A DNA stretch of 64,000 bases from an uncultured Gammaproteobacteria bacterium. Its GTDB lineage: Bacteria > Patescibacteriota > Patescibacteriia > Magasanikbacterales > GWA2-37-8. The stretch lies in NCBI GenBank assembly GCA_964634875.1, contig CAZWKA010000001.1, positions 101,600-165,599 on the forward strand. Reading direction: 5' to 3'. Shown one piece after another: positions 19,474 to 29,666 of the stretch. The notes beneath the pieces were generated by a model, which worked only from the letters and a program-made list of their open reading frames with translations, searched no databases and had not been told where the DNA came from. The translations under genes were made by a program, and so were the position numbers. Every line of letters begins with the position of its first letter. Position 1 is the stretch's first letter.

Positions 19474-19767
19474 ATGTCAAATCAAGCACCACAAACGCTA
19501 TCGCCTGAACTTCCCGTCCTGCTTGAGCACGCCACAGGAGTTGCGAGGGGAACTGCCCCTAACTGGCCCGTTCCTGTGTTATGGGTGGTTATGGTGGTTG
19601 CGCTTGGTGCCGCCGGGTTCCTTTTGGCAACTGGCCCGCCGGTGTGGCACGCGCACAATCCGCCTACCCACCACCCCCAGTATTGGCCGCTCTGTCTCGG
19701 GCACCCGCCAGTTATCGCGCCCCCGCCCGGACAACCAGGTCTCGTCCCCTTATCGCCCAGCCAGTAA
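19474..19767 (+). CDS. Small single-TM Pro-rich hypothetical protein
   Basis: AGGGAG SD before ATG 19474; TTGACA at 19423. Confidence 0.55.
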   Translation: MSNQAPQTLSPELPVLLEHATGVARGTAPNWPVPVLWVVMVVALGAAGFLLATGPPVWHAHNPPTHHPQYWPLCLGHPPVIAPPPGQPGLVPLSPSQ

Positions 19768-19837
19768 CAAGTTGGCCTAGCCCAGCTTGCCTGGCCTCCT
19801 TCCTATAACCAGACTTGTTTAGAGGAAGGGGAGACGC

Positions 19838-19866
19838 TTGACAGAAAACCACAATTCACGTACTAT
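19838..19866 (+). promoter_or_regulatory. sigma70 promoter of the str operon
   Basis: TTGACA-17-TACTAT upstream of rpsL. Confidence 0.7.
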
Positions 19867-20001
19867 CGAGGCACAAGAACGTACCAAAAATCGTGGCTGA
19901 TGGAGTAATACGTTGCTTTTTTATTTACCAACCGGTTTCGGTACGCAAGGAGCGGCTTAGAACTGCCCGCTGTTTACAGACTGAAATCATCTAAATACGC
20001 T

Positions 20002-20433
20002 ATGCCAACAACAAACCAAATGATCCGCAAGGGACGCACGCCGAAAGTACGGAAGACCAAAACTCCGGCTTTGCAATTTACGGTAGATAACCTCCACCGC
20101 AAAGTAACCTATTTCCGCAAAGGCACCAGCTTCAAACGCGGTGTTTGTACCAAGGTCTATACCACTACTCCTAAAAAACCTAACTCAGCGCTGCGCAAAG
20201 TCGCGAAAGTCCGCCTGAGTAACGGCGTTGAAGTTATCGCCTATATTCCGGGCGAAGGCCACAACCTCCAGGAACACTCCATCGTGCTTATCCGTGGTGG
20301 CCGTGTCAAAGATTTGCCAGGTGTCCGCTACCATATCGTACGCGGTATTTATGATACTCAAGGAGTAGCGAGCCGTCGTCGTGGCCGCAGTCTGTATGGC
20401 AACAAACGTCCGAAAGCAGCTAAGAAGGCGTAA
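20002..20433 (+). CDS. rpsL: 30S ribosomal protein S12
   Basis: [13 protein letters not shown] and [10 protein letters not shown]. Confidence 0.99.
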   Translation: MPTTNQMIRKGRTPKVRKTKTPALQFTVDNLHRKVTYFRKGTSFKRGVCTKVYTTTPKKPNSALRKVAKVRLSNGVEVIAYIPGEGHNLQEHSIVLIRGGRVKDLPGVRYHIVRGIYDTQGVASRRRGRSLYGNKRPKAAKKA

Positions 20434-20515
20434 GTAAACAGTAAGCAGTAAACAGTAAATAGAAATACTGGTACTGCATAAACTGTTTACTATTTACTGT
20501 TTACTATTTACTACT
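20433..20515. repeat. Heptamer-based inverted repeat (AGTAAAC/GTTTACT)n
   Basis: agtaaacagtaagcagtaaacagtaa ... ctgtttactatttactgtttactatttact; near-identical copy at 21008-21095. Confidence 0.85.
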
Positions 20516-20992
20516 ATGCGTGGAAAACCAGTCAAAAAGAGAGATATTCTTCCAGATCCTAAATACGGCAATCTTGTCTTAGCCAAATTTATCAATCACG
20601 TCATGAAGGGTGGTAAGAAAACGACTGCTCAAGGCGTCGTCTACCGTGCGCTCGAAGTTGTCAGTGAAATGACTAAGAAAGATCCTCTAAAAGTTTTCGA
20701 AGAAGCCATGAAAAATGTGCAACCACAGGTAGAAGTACGCTCTCGCCGTGTTGGCGGTGCGAACTACCAGGTGCCAATGCCGGTTCGAGGTGAACGCCAG
20801 GTAGCGCTCTCGTTCCGCTGGATTATTGATGCTGCTCGTAGCAAAAAAGGCCAGCCTATGCACCAGCGCCTTGCAACTATTCTGATTGATGCCCAGCAAG
20901 GACTTGGGGATGCTATCAAAAAGCGCGACGACATGCACCGTATGGCCGAAGCTAACAAAGCGTTTGCTCACTTTGCACGTTTCACCAATTAA
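20516..20992 (+). CDS. rpsG: 30S ribosomal protein S7
   Basis: RRVGGANYQVP and HRMAEANKAFAH. Confidence 0.99.
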   Translation: MRGKPVKKRDILPDPKYGNLVLAKFINHVMKGGKKTTAQGVVYRALEVVSEMTKKDPLKVFEEAMKNVQPQVEVRSRRVGGANYQVPMPVRGERQVALSFRWIIDAARSKKGQPMHQRLATILIDAQQGLGDAIKKRDDMHRMAEANKAFAHFARFTN

Positions 20993-21007
20993 TAATGTGT
21001 GACCAGG

Positions 21008-21095
21008 GTAAACAGTAAGCAGTAAACAGTAAAAAGAATTTTTACTGTACGCTGCACCTACTGTTTACTATTTACTGTTTACTATTTACTTACAC
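21008..21095. repeat. Heptamer-based inverted repeat, second copy
   Basis: Same arms as 20433-20515 with a different loop. Confidence 0.85.
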
Positions 21096-21096
21096 T

Positions 21097-23178
21097 ATGC
21101 CCCGAGAATATTCACTCGAAAAAACGCGTAATATCGGCATCATGGCTCACATTGATGCTGGTAAAACGACTACCACCGAACGTGTGCTTTTTTACACCGG
21201 TAAGAAACACAAGATTGGTGAAGTGCACGAAGGTGAAGCCACTATGGACTGGATGGAACAGGAAAAAGAACGTGGTATCACCATTACTTCGGCTGCTACT
21301 ACCTGTTTTTGGAAAGGCCATCGCATTAACATTATTGATACACCAGGCCACGTAGACTTTACCGTAGAGGTAGAACGCAGTCTTCGTGTACTTGACGGGG
21401 CGGTTGCTGTTTTTGACAGCTCCCAAGGTGTTGAACCTCAGAGTGAAACTGTCTGGCACCAGGCCGATAAGTACCATGTTCCTCGCATTGCCTTTTTAAA
21501 TAAAATGGACAAGCTTGGCGCTGACTTCTACATGAGTCTTGCTTCCATCAAGGAACGCCTTACCAAAGAAGCCTACCCAATTCAACTTCCAATCGGCCAG
21601 GAAAGCACTTTTTCTGGGTTGATTGATCTTATTGAAGAAAAAGCTTTTAAATTCGAAGGCGACAAAGGTCAGAATATTATCGAGATGCCGATCCCGGAAG
21701 ATATGAAAGAGCAGGTTGCTAAATACCGCGCTGAACTTATTGAAAAATGTACCGAAGCTAATGATGCCTTGATGGGTAAAGTCCTCAATGGCGAAGCGCT
21801 GACGATTGATGAAATTAAAACCGCTATTCGCACACTCGTCTTGAAAGGCACCATGTACCCAGTGCTTTGTGGTTCAGCTCTTGCCAACATCGGTGTACAG
21901 TTCATGCTCGACGGTGTGGTAGCGTACCTCCCAGCTCCAACTGATGTAGCTGAAATTGTCGGTACCAATCCAGATACCGAAGCTGAGGAAACACGCAAAC
22001 CAAGTGACAGTGAACCTTTCTCTGCGCTTGCTTTCAAAGTTGCAACTGATCCATTCGTCGGTAAACTTATTTTCTTCCGTGTCTATTCTGGTGTGGTTAC
22101 TGCTGGTAGTTATATTTATAATTCAAGCAAAGGAACCAAGGAACGTATGGGTCGCATCGTCCGTATGCATGCTAACAGTCGCGAAGATGTAAACGAAGTG
22201 TACGCTGGTGAAATTGCGGCAGCGATTGGTCTTAAAGACGTCCGTACCGGGGATACCCTTTGTGACGAAGACAAGCAAATCGTCCTCATCCGCCCAACGT
22301 TTGCTGAACCGGTTATTTCGATGGCGATCGAGCCAAAAACCAAAGTTGACCAAGAAAGAATTGGTATGGCTATGGCCAAACTCGCTGAAGAAGATCCAAC
22401 GTTTAAAGTACACACCGATCAGGAAACCCTCCAGACAATTATCTCTGGTATGGGTGAACTTCACCTCGATATTATCGTTGACCGCATGAAGCGCGAGTTC
22501 AAGGTGGAAGCTAATGTCGGTGCGCCGCAGGTAGCATTTAAAGAAACCATTCGCTTGTCAGCGGAAGCTGAAGGTAAATATGTTAAGCAGTCGGGTGGTA
22601 AAGGTCAATATGGACATTGCTGGCTCCGTGTGGAACCGCAAACTGACCCAACTAAAGGCGACTTTGAGTTTGTTGATGAAGTTAAGGGTGGTGTGATCCC
22701 GCGTGAGTTTATCCCGGCTATTCAAAAGGGTGTTAAAGAAACTCTTACTAAAGGTATTCAGGCTGGTTACCCAATCGTGAACATGAAAGTGACGTGTTAC
22801 GATGGTTCATACCACGATGTTGACTCTTCAGAAGTTGCGTTCAAATTAGCTGGTTCGATGGCCTTCCTCGCCGCCTGCCGCAAAGCTAACCCGGTGATTC
22901 TTGAGCCAATCATGAAAGTTGAAGTGGTTACCCCAGAACAGTTCATGGGCGACTCCATCGGCGACCTTAACTCCAAGCGTGGTCAGATTCAGGAAATGAT
23001 TGATCGTGGTCAGATGAAAGTTGTGAAAGCCATGGTGCCCTTGGCAAGTATGTTCGGCTATGCCACAAGTTTGCGCAGTATGACCCAGGGTCGCGCGAGC
23101 TATAGTATGGAATTTGATCATTACGCCGAAGTTCCAAACAATGTTGCCGCAACCATTATTGCTGGTAGTCAGAAATAA
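21097..23178 (+). CDS. fusA: Elongation factor G
   Basis: [21 protein letters not shown]; 693 aa. Confidence 0.99.
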   Translation: MPREYSLEKTRNIGIMAHIDAGKTTTTERVLFYTGKKHKIGEVHEGEATMDWMEQEKERGITITSAATTCFWKGHRINIIDTPGHVDFTVEVERSLRVLDGAVAVFDSSQGVEPQSETVWHQADKYHVPRIAFLNKMDKLGADFYMSLASIKERLTKEAYPIQLPIGQESTFSGLIDLIEEKAFKFEGDKGQNIIEMPIPEDMKEQVAKYRAELIEKCTEANDALMGKVLNGEALTIDEIKTAIRTLVLKGTMYPVLCGSALANIGVQFMLDGVVAYLPAPTDVAEIVGTNPDTEAEETRKPSDSEPFSALAFKVATDPFVGKLIFFRVYSGVVTAGSYIYNSSKGTKERMGRIVRMHANSREDVNEVYAGEIAAAIGLKDVRTGDTLCDEDKQIVLIRPTFAEPVISMAIEPKTKVDQERIGMAMAKLAEEDPTFKVHTDQETLQTIISGMGELHLDIIVDRMKREFKVEANVGAPQVAFKETIRLSAEAEGKYVKQSGGKGQYGHCWLRVEPQTDPTKGDFEFVDEVKGGVIPREFIPAIQKGVKETLTKGIQAGYPIVNMKVTCYDGSYHDVDSSEVAFKLAGSMAFLAACRKANPVILEPIMKVEVVTPEQFMGDSIGDLNSKRGQIQEMIDRGQMKVVKAMVPLASMFGYATSLRSMTQGRASYSMEFDHYAEVPNNVAATIIAGSQK

Positions 23179-23197
23179 TTTTAGATCCAAGTATTAC

Positions 23198-23232
23198 AAA
23201 CCACCCTTCTTTGGAAGGGTGGTTTTGTTTTT
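23198..23232 (+). terminator. Intrinsic terminator after fusA
   Basis: aaaccacccttc-tttg-gaagggtggttt followed by T-rich tail. Confidence 0.8.
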
Positions 23233-23307
23233 GGTTGAGACCTCGATTATCTTGACGAATGGGGTAAAAAGTGGTAGTAAATCGTCGATAGTGGAGGCAG
23301 GAAAACC

Positions 23308-23907
23308 ATGCAACGACGAAGTTTGCTTCGGGTTCTCGGGCTGACTGCTCTAGGTGTGCTGTCCGGTTGTAGCCTCTTGAGCCGCAGAGACGATGATCTG
23401 CCAACTGGCAACGGCTCGTATGTGGATACCAAGACGGGCTGGGTTAAGCGTCCTGACGGGACCATGACCGACGATATCGACGTGTACAACGGGGCGCTCG
23501 ATGAGATCTGCCAGGAGCACTTCAAACGCTCTCGGGTCATCCCCGCCATGCTCGGCTCGCTACGGTTCAATTTCATCGAGTCGGACTTTAAGTGCCCCAA
23601 GTGTAAGGTGGGGATGCTGGAAGCCAAGCCCCTTGAAGATGAGTTTATCCCGCCGGAGCCGGGGGATAAGAGCGGTGGCAGGGGTTTCTTTCAGGTCTAT
23701 GGCTATTGTGATCAGTGCGGGGAACGCTCGCCGGTAAAAGGCGCCGTTGTTCCTGCGCCCGCGCTCGCCATGGTCTATGAGGAGGAAGCCTCGGGTCTCG
23801 TGATCCCGGTGCCGATTGGTGGGTGGCTTGCGCCCCGCTTCTCTGGTATCCGGCTGCCGTCATTGCCGCCGCTGCGCGTCCCTCTGGAGCCAGTGTTCGT
23901 ACCCTAG
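23308..23907 (+). CDS. Putative lipoprotein with twin-Arg-like signal and CxxC/CxxC motif
   Basis: MQRRSLL..LSGC lipobox; CPKC and CDQC; GGAGG SD. Confidence 0.7.
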   Translation: MQRRSLLRVLGLTALGVLSGCSLLSRRDDDLPTGNGSYVDTKTGWVKRPDGTMTDDIDVYNGALDEICQEHFKRSRVIPAMLGSLRFNFIESDFKCPKCKVGMLEAKPLEDEFIPPEPGDKSGGRGFFQVYGYCDQCGERSPVKGAVVPAPALAMVYEEEASGLVIPVPIGGWLAPRFSGIRLPSLPPLRVPLEPVFVP

Positions 23908-24099
23908 CACCTCTGCGAAGAGGTTCTCTTTCACACCATAATTCCCGCCCACAGCCGACCTCACCGTCGGCTCAATAAAAAACCACTCAATCTCAATTGG
24001 GTGGTTTTTTATTCCTATCTTGACAAAACCCTGTTTTTCGGGTAGCGTAAAAAAGTCCCAATTGAGGCTTCAAACGATCGTCATAGGAGGTCGTCCCCC

Positions 24100-24384
24100 A
24101 TGAGTACTGCCAGTAAGAACGTTCGTACCGAGCATGATTTTGATGATGAAATCACTGATCCTGAGTTCGATGGGCGGCTCAGTGATCTGGATCTGCAGTT
24201 GTTCCAGGCCGCGACCACCTCAGTCGGGCCGCGACCCACGTCTGAAGTGCCCCCGATCCACACGGGCTCTCTGCGTACCGTGGGTTCGGGTCAGCATGGC
24301 AGCGCGAATGCCGGCCGTGTTGACTATCGGCCGCCTTCGGACAACGTTCCGGCCATCATTCCCCCGCAGAAGCGAAGGGGCTGA
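24100..24384 (+). CDS. Small acidic, probably disordered hypothetical protein
   Basis: AGGAGG at 24085-24090; TTGACA promoter near 24021. Confidence 0.6.
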   Translation: MSTASKNVRTEHDFDDEITDPEFDGRLSDLDLQLFQAATTSVGPRPTSEVPPIHTGSLRTVGSGQHGSANAGRVDYRPPSDNVPAIIPPQKRRG

Positions 24385-24675
24385 GACCTTTTTTGCCGGG
24401 GAACCCGTCTAGCTACTCTTTTGCCCTACCGAGGGATGGTATCCTTGTGGTTGTGCAGAGCAGTTTAGACGCGTTCCTCGGTTCTTCTTCATCTTATTTC
24501 TTAATGCCCTAAAAAGGGTATTTTTTTATTTTTAATAATATTTTTTGGCTAAAAATATGAGTTTTAAAGTTCCCCACACCCCTATCTATTGACAGGTAGG
24601 AGGTGTCGTGCTAGGGTGATTTTGCCAATCTTCTTTTGATCCTTCCCGTCCTCAACAGCGTTCAGGAGGTCACTC

Positions 24676-24834
24676 GTGAAGAAGTCCCGCATCTGCAGCA
24701 AGTATTCGATTCTCGGCGGCACGTCCATCATCGACTACGACAGCGGCGAGGCCTGCACCGGCGGCGTCCAGCACGGCCAGCGCAGCGGCAACTCGCGCGC
24801 CGGCGGCGCGGGCGACGGCCTCCACGCCAAGTAA
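24676..24834 (+). CDS. 52-aa Gly-rich small protein (not in ORF track)
   Basis: AGGAGG plus GTG; MKKSRICSKYSILGGTSIIDYDSGEACTGGVQHGQRSGNSRAGGAGDGLHAK; nearly all third positions G/C; promoter TTGACA(24589)-17-TAGGGT(24612). Confidence 0.7.
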   Translation: MKKSRICSKYSILGGTSIIDYDSGEACTGGVQHGQRSGNSRAGGAGDGLHAK

Positions 24835-25110
24835 GGCGCGGCGGCCACGGTTCGGGGGCTCCAACCAGTAAGTAAGCAGGCGCGGCAGCCAGCGGCGTGA
24901 CAGCGATGTCACACCCCGCGGGCGCGGCGCCGGCAACTTCTGGAAGGAGCCCCCGGGCCCTTCCTTTCTTAAAACATGAATACCTGACCACAGGTGTTTT
25001 TTTATTTATACAGGCCAAAGCGCTTTATTTGTGGGTAGTTTGACCAAACGGGTAAAGCGTTTTATAATGGCAAGTAATGGAGATTTGCTTCTTTTCTGCT
25101 TTAGACAATT

Positions 25111-25539
25111 ATGAAAAATAACCAAATAAACCGCGTTATCAATTTGGTTCGTAAAACTGGCGACCGCGTCGTCGTCATGGACCAGGAAACCGAAGAAGTG
25201 CTGGTCATGATGCGTCTTGATGAATATGAGAATCTCATGGATTTTGCTTTGCCTGGTGGAGAAAGTGGGCCTATGCCTGACTTTGAATCTTGGGATCATG
25301 AAGCCGAAGGAATGGTCGCTGGAGACGAATCAGATGAGCAGTCGTTTGACCTGGCCGACCACGCTGCTGAATTGAAATCGCGGGAAGCCGTCGCCCCAGT
25401 GGCAGCGGTGAACGAAAAAAAGCTTGAGTTTAGTGAAGATTGGGAGAAGCCGGTGTCTACCAATGTACCCGAAGAAGACTTGTCAGATGTGCCGGAAGAC
25501 GAAGAAGAGCCGCGTTTTTACCTGGAACCGGTCGAGTAA
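25111..25539 (+). CDS. Hypothetical protein, Phd/YefM-like N-terminus with acidic tail
   Basis: VRKTGDRVVV..VLVMMRLDEYE pattern; C-terminal RFYLEPVE. Confidence 0.7.
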   Translation: MKNNQINRVINLVRKTGDRVVVMDQETEEVLVMMRLDEYENLMDFALPGGESGPMPDFESWDHEAEGMVAGDESDEQSFDLADHAAELKSREAVAPVAAVNEKKLEFSEDWEKPVSTNVPEEDLSDVPEDEEEPRFYLEPVE

Positions 25540-25776
25540 AGCATTAAAGCCTTGGAAAAACAGGGGTTTGTCCACATCCCTCGCTCTTGCCAAGGCTTTT
25601 TTTATTTGCTATAGTGTCGCCACGTGTGTGAAGGCCTCTTTTTAGGCGTTTTTTGCGCGTAGTGATGCCTTGAACACAAAAAGTACTCAACTATTTTATT
25701 AAAAATTAGTAGCAGCGGCTGGACATAAAGCTGAAGCGACCACTCGCCAAAGCGCCGCGTAAAGTTTTTTAATCAT

Positions 25777-26967
25777 ATGGCCGATTTCGTCCGAAATAAG
25801 CCACACGTCAACATTGGTACCATTGGTCACGTCGACCACGGTAAAACTACGACCACCGCAGCCATCCTCAAGGTTTTGACTGCTCATGGTCAGACTGCTC
25901 AGAACAAAGGTGTCGATGATTTGGATAAAGCCCCAGAGTCAAAAGCTCGTGGTATTACCATTTCAACTGCTCACGTTGAATACGAAACTGCCGCTCGTCA
26001 TTACGCTCACGTTGACTGTCCAGGTCACGCTGACTACGTAAAAAATATGATTACTGGTGCCGCCCAGATGGACGGTGCTATCCTCGTTGTTTCCGCAGCT
26101 GACGGCCCAATGCCTCAGACTCGTGAACATATCCTTTTGGCTTCTCAGGTAGGTGTAAAACATATTGTTGTTTACCTCAATAAAGTTGACATGGTTCAAG
26201 ATAAGGAACTTGTTGACCTCGTTGAAGAAGAAGTCCGCGACCTTCTCAAGAAATACAAATACCCAGGCGACACCGTACCGGTTATCCGCGGTTCTTCGAT
26301 GAAGGCCCTCGAAAATCCAACCGATGAAGCTGCTGCCAAACCAATTCTCGACCTCATGAAAGCGGTTGATGAATATATCCCAGACCCAGTCCGCGCCACC
26401 GATCTTCCTTTCCTTATGCCGGTTGAAGATGTCTTCTCTATTGAAGGCCGTGGTACTGTTGTTACTGGTCGTATCGAACGCGGTGTTATCCACGTTAACG
26501 ACGAAGTTGCTATCGTTGGTTTGAAAGAAGATGTTGTTAAGACTGTTGTTACTGGTATTGAAATGTTCAACAAAAGCCTCAAAGATGGACAAGCTGGTGA
26601 CAACGCCGGTCTCCTTCTTCGCGGTACCAAGAAAGAAGATGTTGAACGCGGTATGGTGCTTGCTAAACCAGGTTCCGTTACTCCGCACACTGAATACGAA
26701 GCTGAAGTTTATATCCTTACCAAAGAAGAAGGTGGACGTCACAAACCTTTCTTCAAGGGTTACAAGCCTCAGTTCTATATCCGCACTACTGACGTTACTG
26801 GTGAAATCGAACTTCCAGCTGGCACCGAAATGGTTATGCCTGGAGACACCATTAGTATCGTTGTAAAACTTATCGCCCCAGTTGCGCTCGAAGAGAAGAT
26901 GAACTTCGCTATTCGCGAAGGTGGTCGTACCGTCGGTGCTGGTGTGGTAACTAAGATTCTTAAATAA
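25777..26967 (+). CDS. tuf: Elongation factor Tu
   Basis: [26 protein letters not shown]. Confidence 0.99.
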   Translation: MADFVRNKPHVNIGTIGHVDHGKTTTTAAILKVLTAHGQTAQNKGVDDLDKAPESKARGITISTAHVEYETAARHYAHVDCPGHADYVKNMITGAAQMDGAILVVSAADGPMPQTREHILLASQVGVKHIVVYLNKVDMVQDKELVDLVEEEVRDLLKKYKYPGDTVPVIRGSSMKALENPTDEAAAKPILDLMKAVDEYIPDPVRATDLPFLMPVEDVFSIEGRGTVVTGRIERGVIHVNDEVAIVGLKEDVVKTVVTGIEMFNKSLKDGQAGDNAGLLLRGTKKEDVERGMVLAKPGSVTPHTEYEAEVYILTKEEGGRHKPFFKGYKPQFYIRTTDVTGEIELPAGTEMVMPGDTISIVVKLIAPVALEEKMNFAIREGGRTVGAGVVTKILK

Positions 26968-26975
26968 TAAGCGAA

Positions 26976-27010
26976 GGGTCGTCCCGACACATGTCGGGAC
27001 GACCCCTTTT
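26976..27010 (+). terminator. GC-rich hairpin/terminator after tuf
   Basis: gggtcgtcccgaca-ca-tgtcgggacgaccc followed by ctttt. Confidence 0.7.
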
Positions 27011-27043
27011 GCTTTGTTCATTCAGTTCTTTATCTTGCGTAAC

Positions 27044-27385
27044 ATGACCGCTACAAGCAAAACTGTACAGAAAGATGAGGGTATTAGCCGTATTCGCATC
27101 AAAATCCGCGCATACGACAACCGCATTATTGATCAGGCCACCAAGACGATCGTCGAAACCGCCGAACGCCACGAAGCCAAGGTAATTGGTCCAGTACCGC
27201 TCCCAACGGAGAAAACCAAGTTTACCGTTAACCGTTCTACGTTCGTCCACAAAGACGCTCGTGAGCAGTATGAAATGCGTGTGCATAAGCGTTTGATCGA
27301 CATTATCAATGCTAGTCCGAAATGCGTTGATGCCCTTATGGGTCTCAGCCTTCCCGCTGGTGTCGATATCGAAATCAAGATGTAA
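27044..27385 (+). CDS. rpsJ: 30S ribosomal protein S10 (NusE)
   Basis: [24 protein letters not shown]. Confidence 0.98.
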   Translation: MTATSKTVQKDEGISRIRIKIRAYDNRIIDQATKTIVETAERHEAKVIGPVPLPTEKTKFTVNRSTFVHKDAREQYEMRVHKRLIDIINASPKCVDALMGLSLPAGVDIEIKM

Positions 27386-27463
27386 ATCGTCCAAAGTGTA
27401 GCGGCCCTACCGAGTAAAAGAGTAGGGCCCGCAAAATAAGGTAAAATTTCGTTTTCCACAGCC

Positions 27464-27492
27464 TTGACAAGCCGTTCTAAATGCGGTAAGCT
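27464..27492 (+). promoter_or_regulatory. sigma70 promoter upstream of the rplC leader
   Basis: TTGACA-17-TAAGCT. Confidence 0.65.
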
Positions 27493-27817
27493 GGTGGAAG
27501 TTAAAAAAAGAGCCCTCGCTCAACTTAATAAGATCCCTGCAGTTAGCCAAGAAAATGGGAAAACATTAAGAAGAAACAATGGCTCACGAGGAGTAAAAAC
27601 TTGAAAATACCAAACCAAGCCATTTCCTAGAAAATCGCGCTCTGGTACTGTATATTCGCGAGACTTTAGAAAGGCTAGAAGCACTGTATGCTATCAACTC
27701 AATTGTTGATTGCGTCCTGGTGCTTCTAGTTTTTTGTTAAAATGACAAAAATAAGAAGCACTACAACAAAGTTAGTCACGAATTGTTTTCAATAAGTTAC
27801 CAATGTTGCACACGTAT

Positions 27818-28531
27818 ATGAAATTCATTCTCGGCAAAAAGATGGGCATGACCCAGGTTTTCTTAAAGAGTGGTGAGGTTGTACCGGTTACTAAAGTTGT
27901 TGCTGGCCCGTGTCAGGTGGTCCAGGTCAAACAAGACCAAAAGAACGCCACGACAGCGCTTCAGTTAGGTTTTGGTGAAAAGAAAGAATGGCGTCTAGCA
28001 AAACCAGAAGCAGGACATTTGAAGGGTTTAGCTCCCGTCAGTGAACTCCGAGATTTTGTATCTGACCAAGCAGGCATTGACCGCGGTGACGTCGTTACTG
28101 TGGAAACATTTGTTCCAGGTGATCTGTTAAATGTTGTTGGAACTTCCAAAGGTAAAGGTTTTGCCGGTGTTGTAAAACGCCATCATTTCCGTGGTGGTCC
28201 AGCATCCCATGGTCACAAAGATAACCTTCGCGCCCCTGGTTCCATTGGTGCTGGTGGTGTGCAACGTGTTTTTAAAGGTATGCGCATGGCTGGACGTATG
28301 GGTGGCGAACGTGTCACGGTTAAAAATTTGGAAGTTGTGGAAGTACATCCAGAAACAAATGAACTGTATATCAAAGGCGCTGTTCCGGGTGGCCGCAATG
28401 GCCTGCTCCTTTTGAGCGCTCTGGGTGAATTGAAAGTTACCAAGAAAAATGCTCCAGCCGCTCCAGTCGAAGCTGCTCAAACTGAAACCGCTCCTGTTTC
28501 CGAACCAGCGGTAGAAGCACAAGCAAGCTAA
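27818..28531 (+). CDS. rplC: 50S ribosomal protein L3
   Basis: GKKMGMTQ, SKGKGFAGVVKRH, RVFKGMRMAG. Confidence 0.98.
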   Translation: MKFILGKKMGMTQVFLKSGEVVPVTKVVAGPCQVVQVKQDQKNATTALQLGFGEKKEWRLAKPEAGHLKGLAPVSELRDFVSDQAGIDRGDVVTVETFVPGDLLNVVGTSKGKGFAGVVKRHHFRGGPASHGHKDNLRAPGSIGAGGVQRVFKGMRMAGRMGGERVTVKNLEVVEVHPETNELYIKGAVPGGRNGLLLLSALGELKVTKKNAPAAPVEAAQTETAPVSEPAVEAQAS

Positions 28532-28557
28532 ACTTACCCGTTACAAGTTACATGCAT

Positions 28558-29187
28558 ATGAAAGCAAAAGTCTACAATCTTTCAGGTAAAGAAACCGGAG
28601 ACATGGAACTCCCGGAAGATATTTTCAACATTGCCGTTAAACCAGAAGTAGTGCACGAAGTTTTTGTTGCCCAAATGAACAACCAGCGTGAATCTTGGGC
28701 AGATACCAAGAATCGCGGTGAAGTTCGCGGTGGTGGTAAAAAACCATGGGCACAGAAAGGTACTGGCCGTGCTCGTCACGGTTCGATCCGTTCCCCGATC
28801 TGGAAGGGCGGTGGCGTAACCTTTGGTCCATTATCTATTAGAAATTATAAAACAAAAATTAATAAAAAGACCCGTCGTTTGGCAACCCGCATGTGTCTTA
28901 GCGACAAAGTCCAAAGTGGTGCACTCTTGATCGTGGAGAACTTTACTTTTGCTGAATCAAAAACCAAACTGATGGCTGCGGCTCTCAAAGCCCTTCCAAC
29001 CAAGCAAAAATCATTCTTGATTGTATCGGCTGCTAACGATGAAGCGCTTATCAAAATTTCCCGGAATGTCCCGCGCGTTAAGAACCAGGTTGCGACCGAC
29101 TTATCAGTCATGGATCTTCTACAGAGCCAGGCTGTCGTGATCACCAAAGAAGCCGTTGAAAAAATTGTCGCCACCTTACAAAAATAA
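28558..29187 (+). CDS. rplD: 50S ribosomal protein L4
   Basis: RGEVRGGGKKPWAQKGTGRARHGSIRSP. Confidence 0.98.
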   Translation: MKAKVYNLSGKETGDMELPEDIFNIAVKPEVVHEVFVAQMNNQRESWADTKNRGEVRGGGKKPWAQKGTGRARHGSIRSPIWKGGGVTFGPLSIRNYKTKINKKTRRLATRMCLSDKVQSGALLIVENFTFAESKTKLMAAALKALPTKQKSFLIVSAANDEALIKISRNVPRVKNQVATDLSVMDLLQSQAVVITKEAVEKIVATLQK

Positions 29188-29211
29188 TCTACTTACCTTA
29201 GACAGCAGTAT

Positions 29212-29652
29212 ATGGGATTACTCGACCGTTTTACCAAAAAACAAGTTAAAGAAAAACTTGACGCCACCAAGGCTGATTCGACCGATACCAAACCGGCTGT
29301 TTCTAAGGCTGCAAAAAAAACTAAAACTGAAGAGGCTCCAGCTGACAAGAAAAAGGCCTCGTTGCACGGAACTTCATACCGCGTCTTGGTTCGCCCTCTG
29401 GTGACCGAAAAAACTGCCCGCCAGGAAAGTGTTAACAAGTATACTTTTGTGGTGGAGCGTTCAGCTACCAAGCTAGAAGTAAAACGTGCAATCAAAGAAT
29501 TGTATGGTGTTATGCCGGTAACTGTAGCTGTTTCCAATTTGCAAGGTCGTCGTGTCCGTTTTGGCAAGTATGCTGGCCGCCGCAGTGATTACAAAAAAGC
29601 AATTGTTACCTTGGCAAAAGGCAGTTCAATTACCATTCACGAAGGAGTCTAA
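29212..29652 (+). CDS. rplW: 50S ribosomal protein L23 with Lys-rich N-terminal extension
   Basis: RPLVTEK, YTFVV, YKKAIVTL. Confidence 0.95.
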   Translation: MGLLDRFTKKQVKEKLDATKADSTDTKPAVSKAAKKTKTEEAPADKKKASLHGTSYRVLVRPLVTEKTARQESVNKYTFVVERSATKLEVKRAIKELYGVMPVTVAVSNLQGRRVRFGKYAGRRSDYKKAIVTLAKGSSITIHEGV

Positions 29653-29666
29653 TTCTCACCCCCTGT

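Noticed and set aside
20433-21095. Repeats as a CRISPR array
   Set aside because: The units are ~7-nt tandem or inverted repeats without unique spacers, and no cas genes are in the window.
25963-27021. 352-aa antisense ORF over tuf, and similar antisense ORFs over ribosomal genes
   Set aside because: These are shadow ORFs caused by the codon bias of highly expressed genes.
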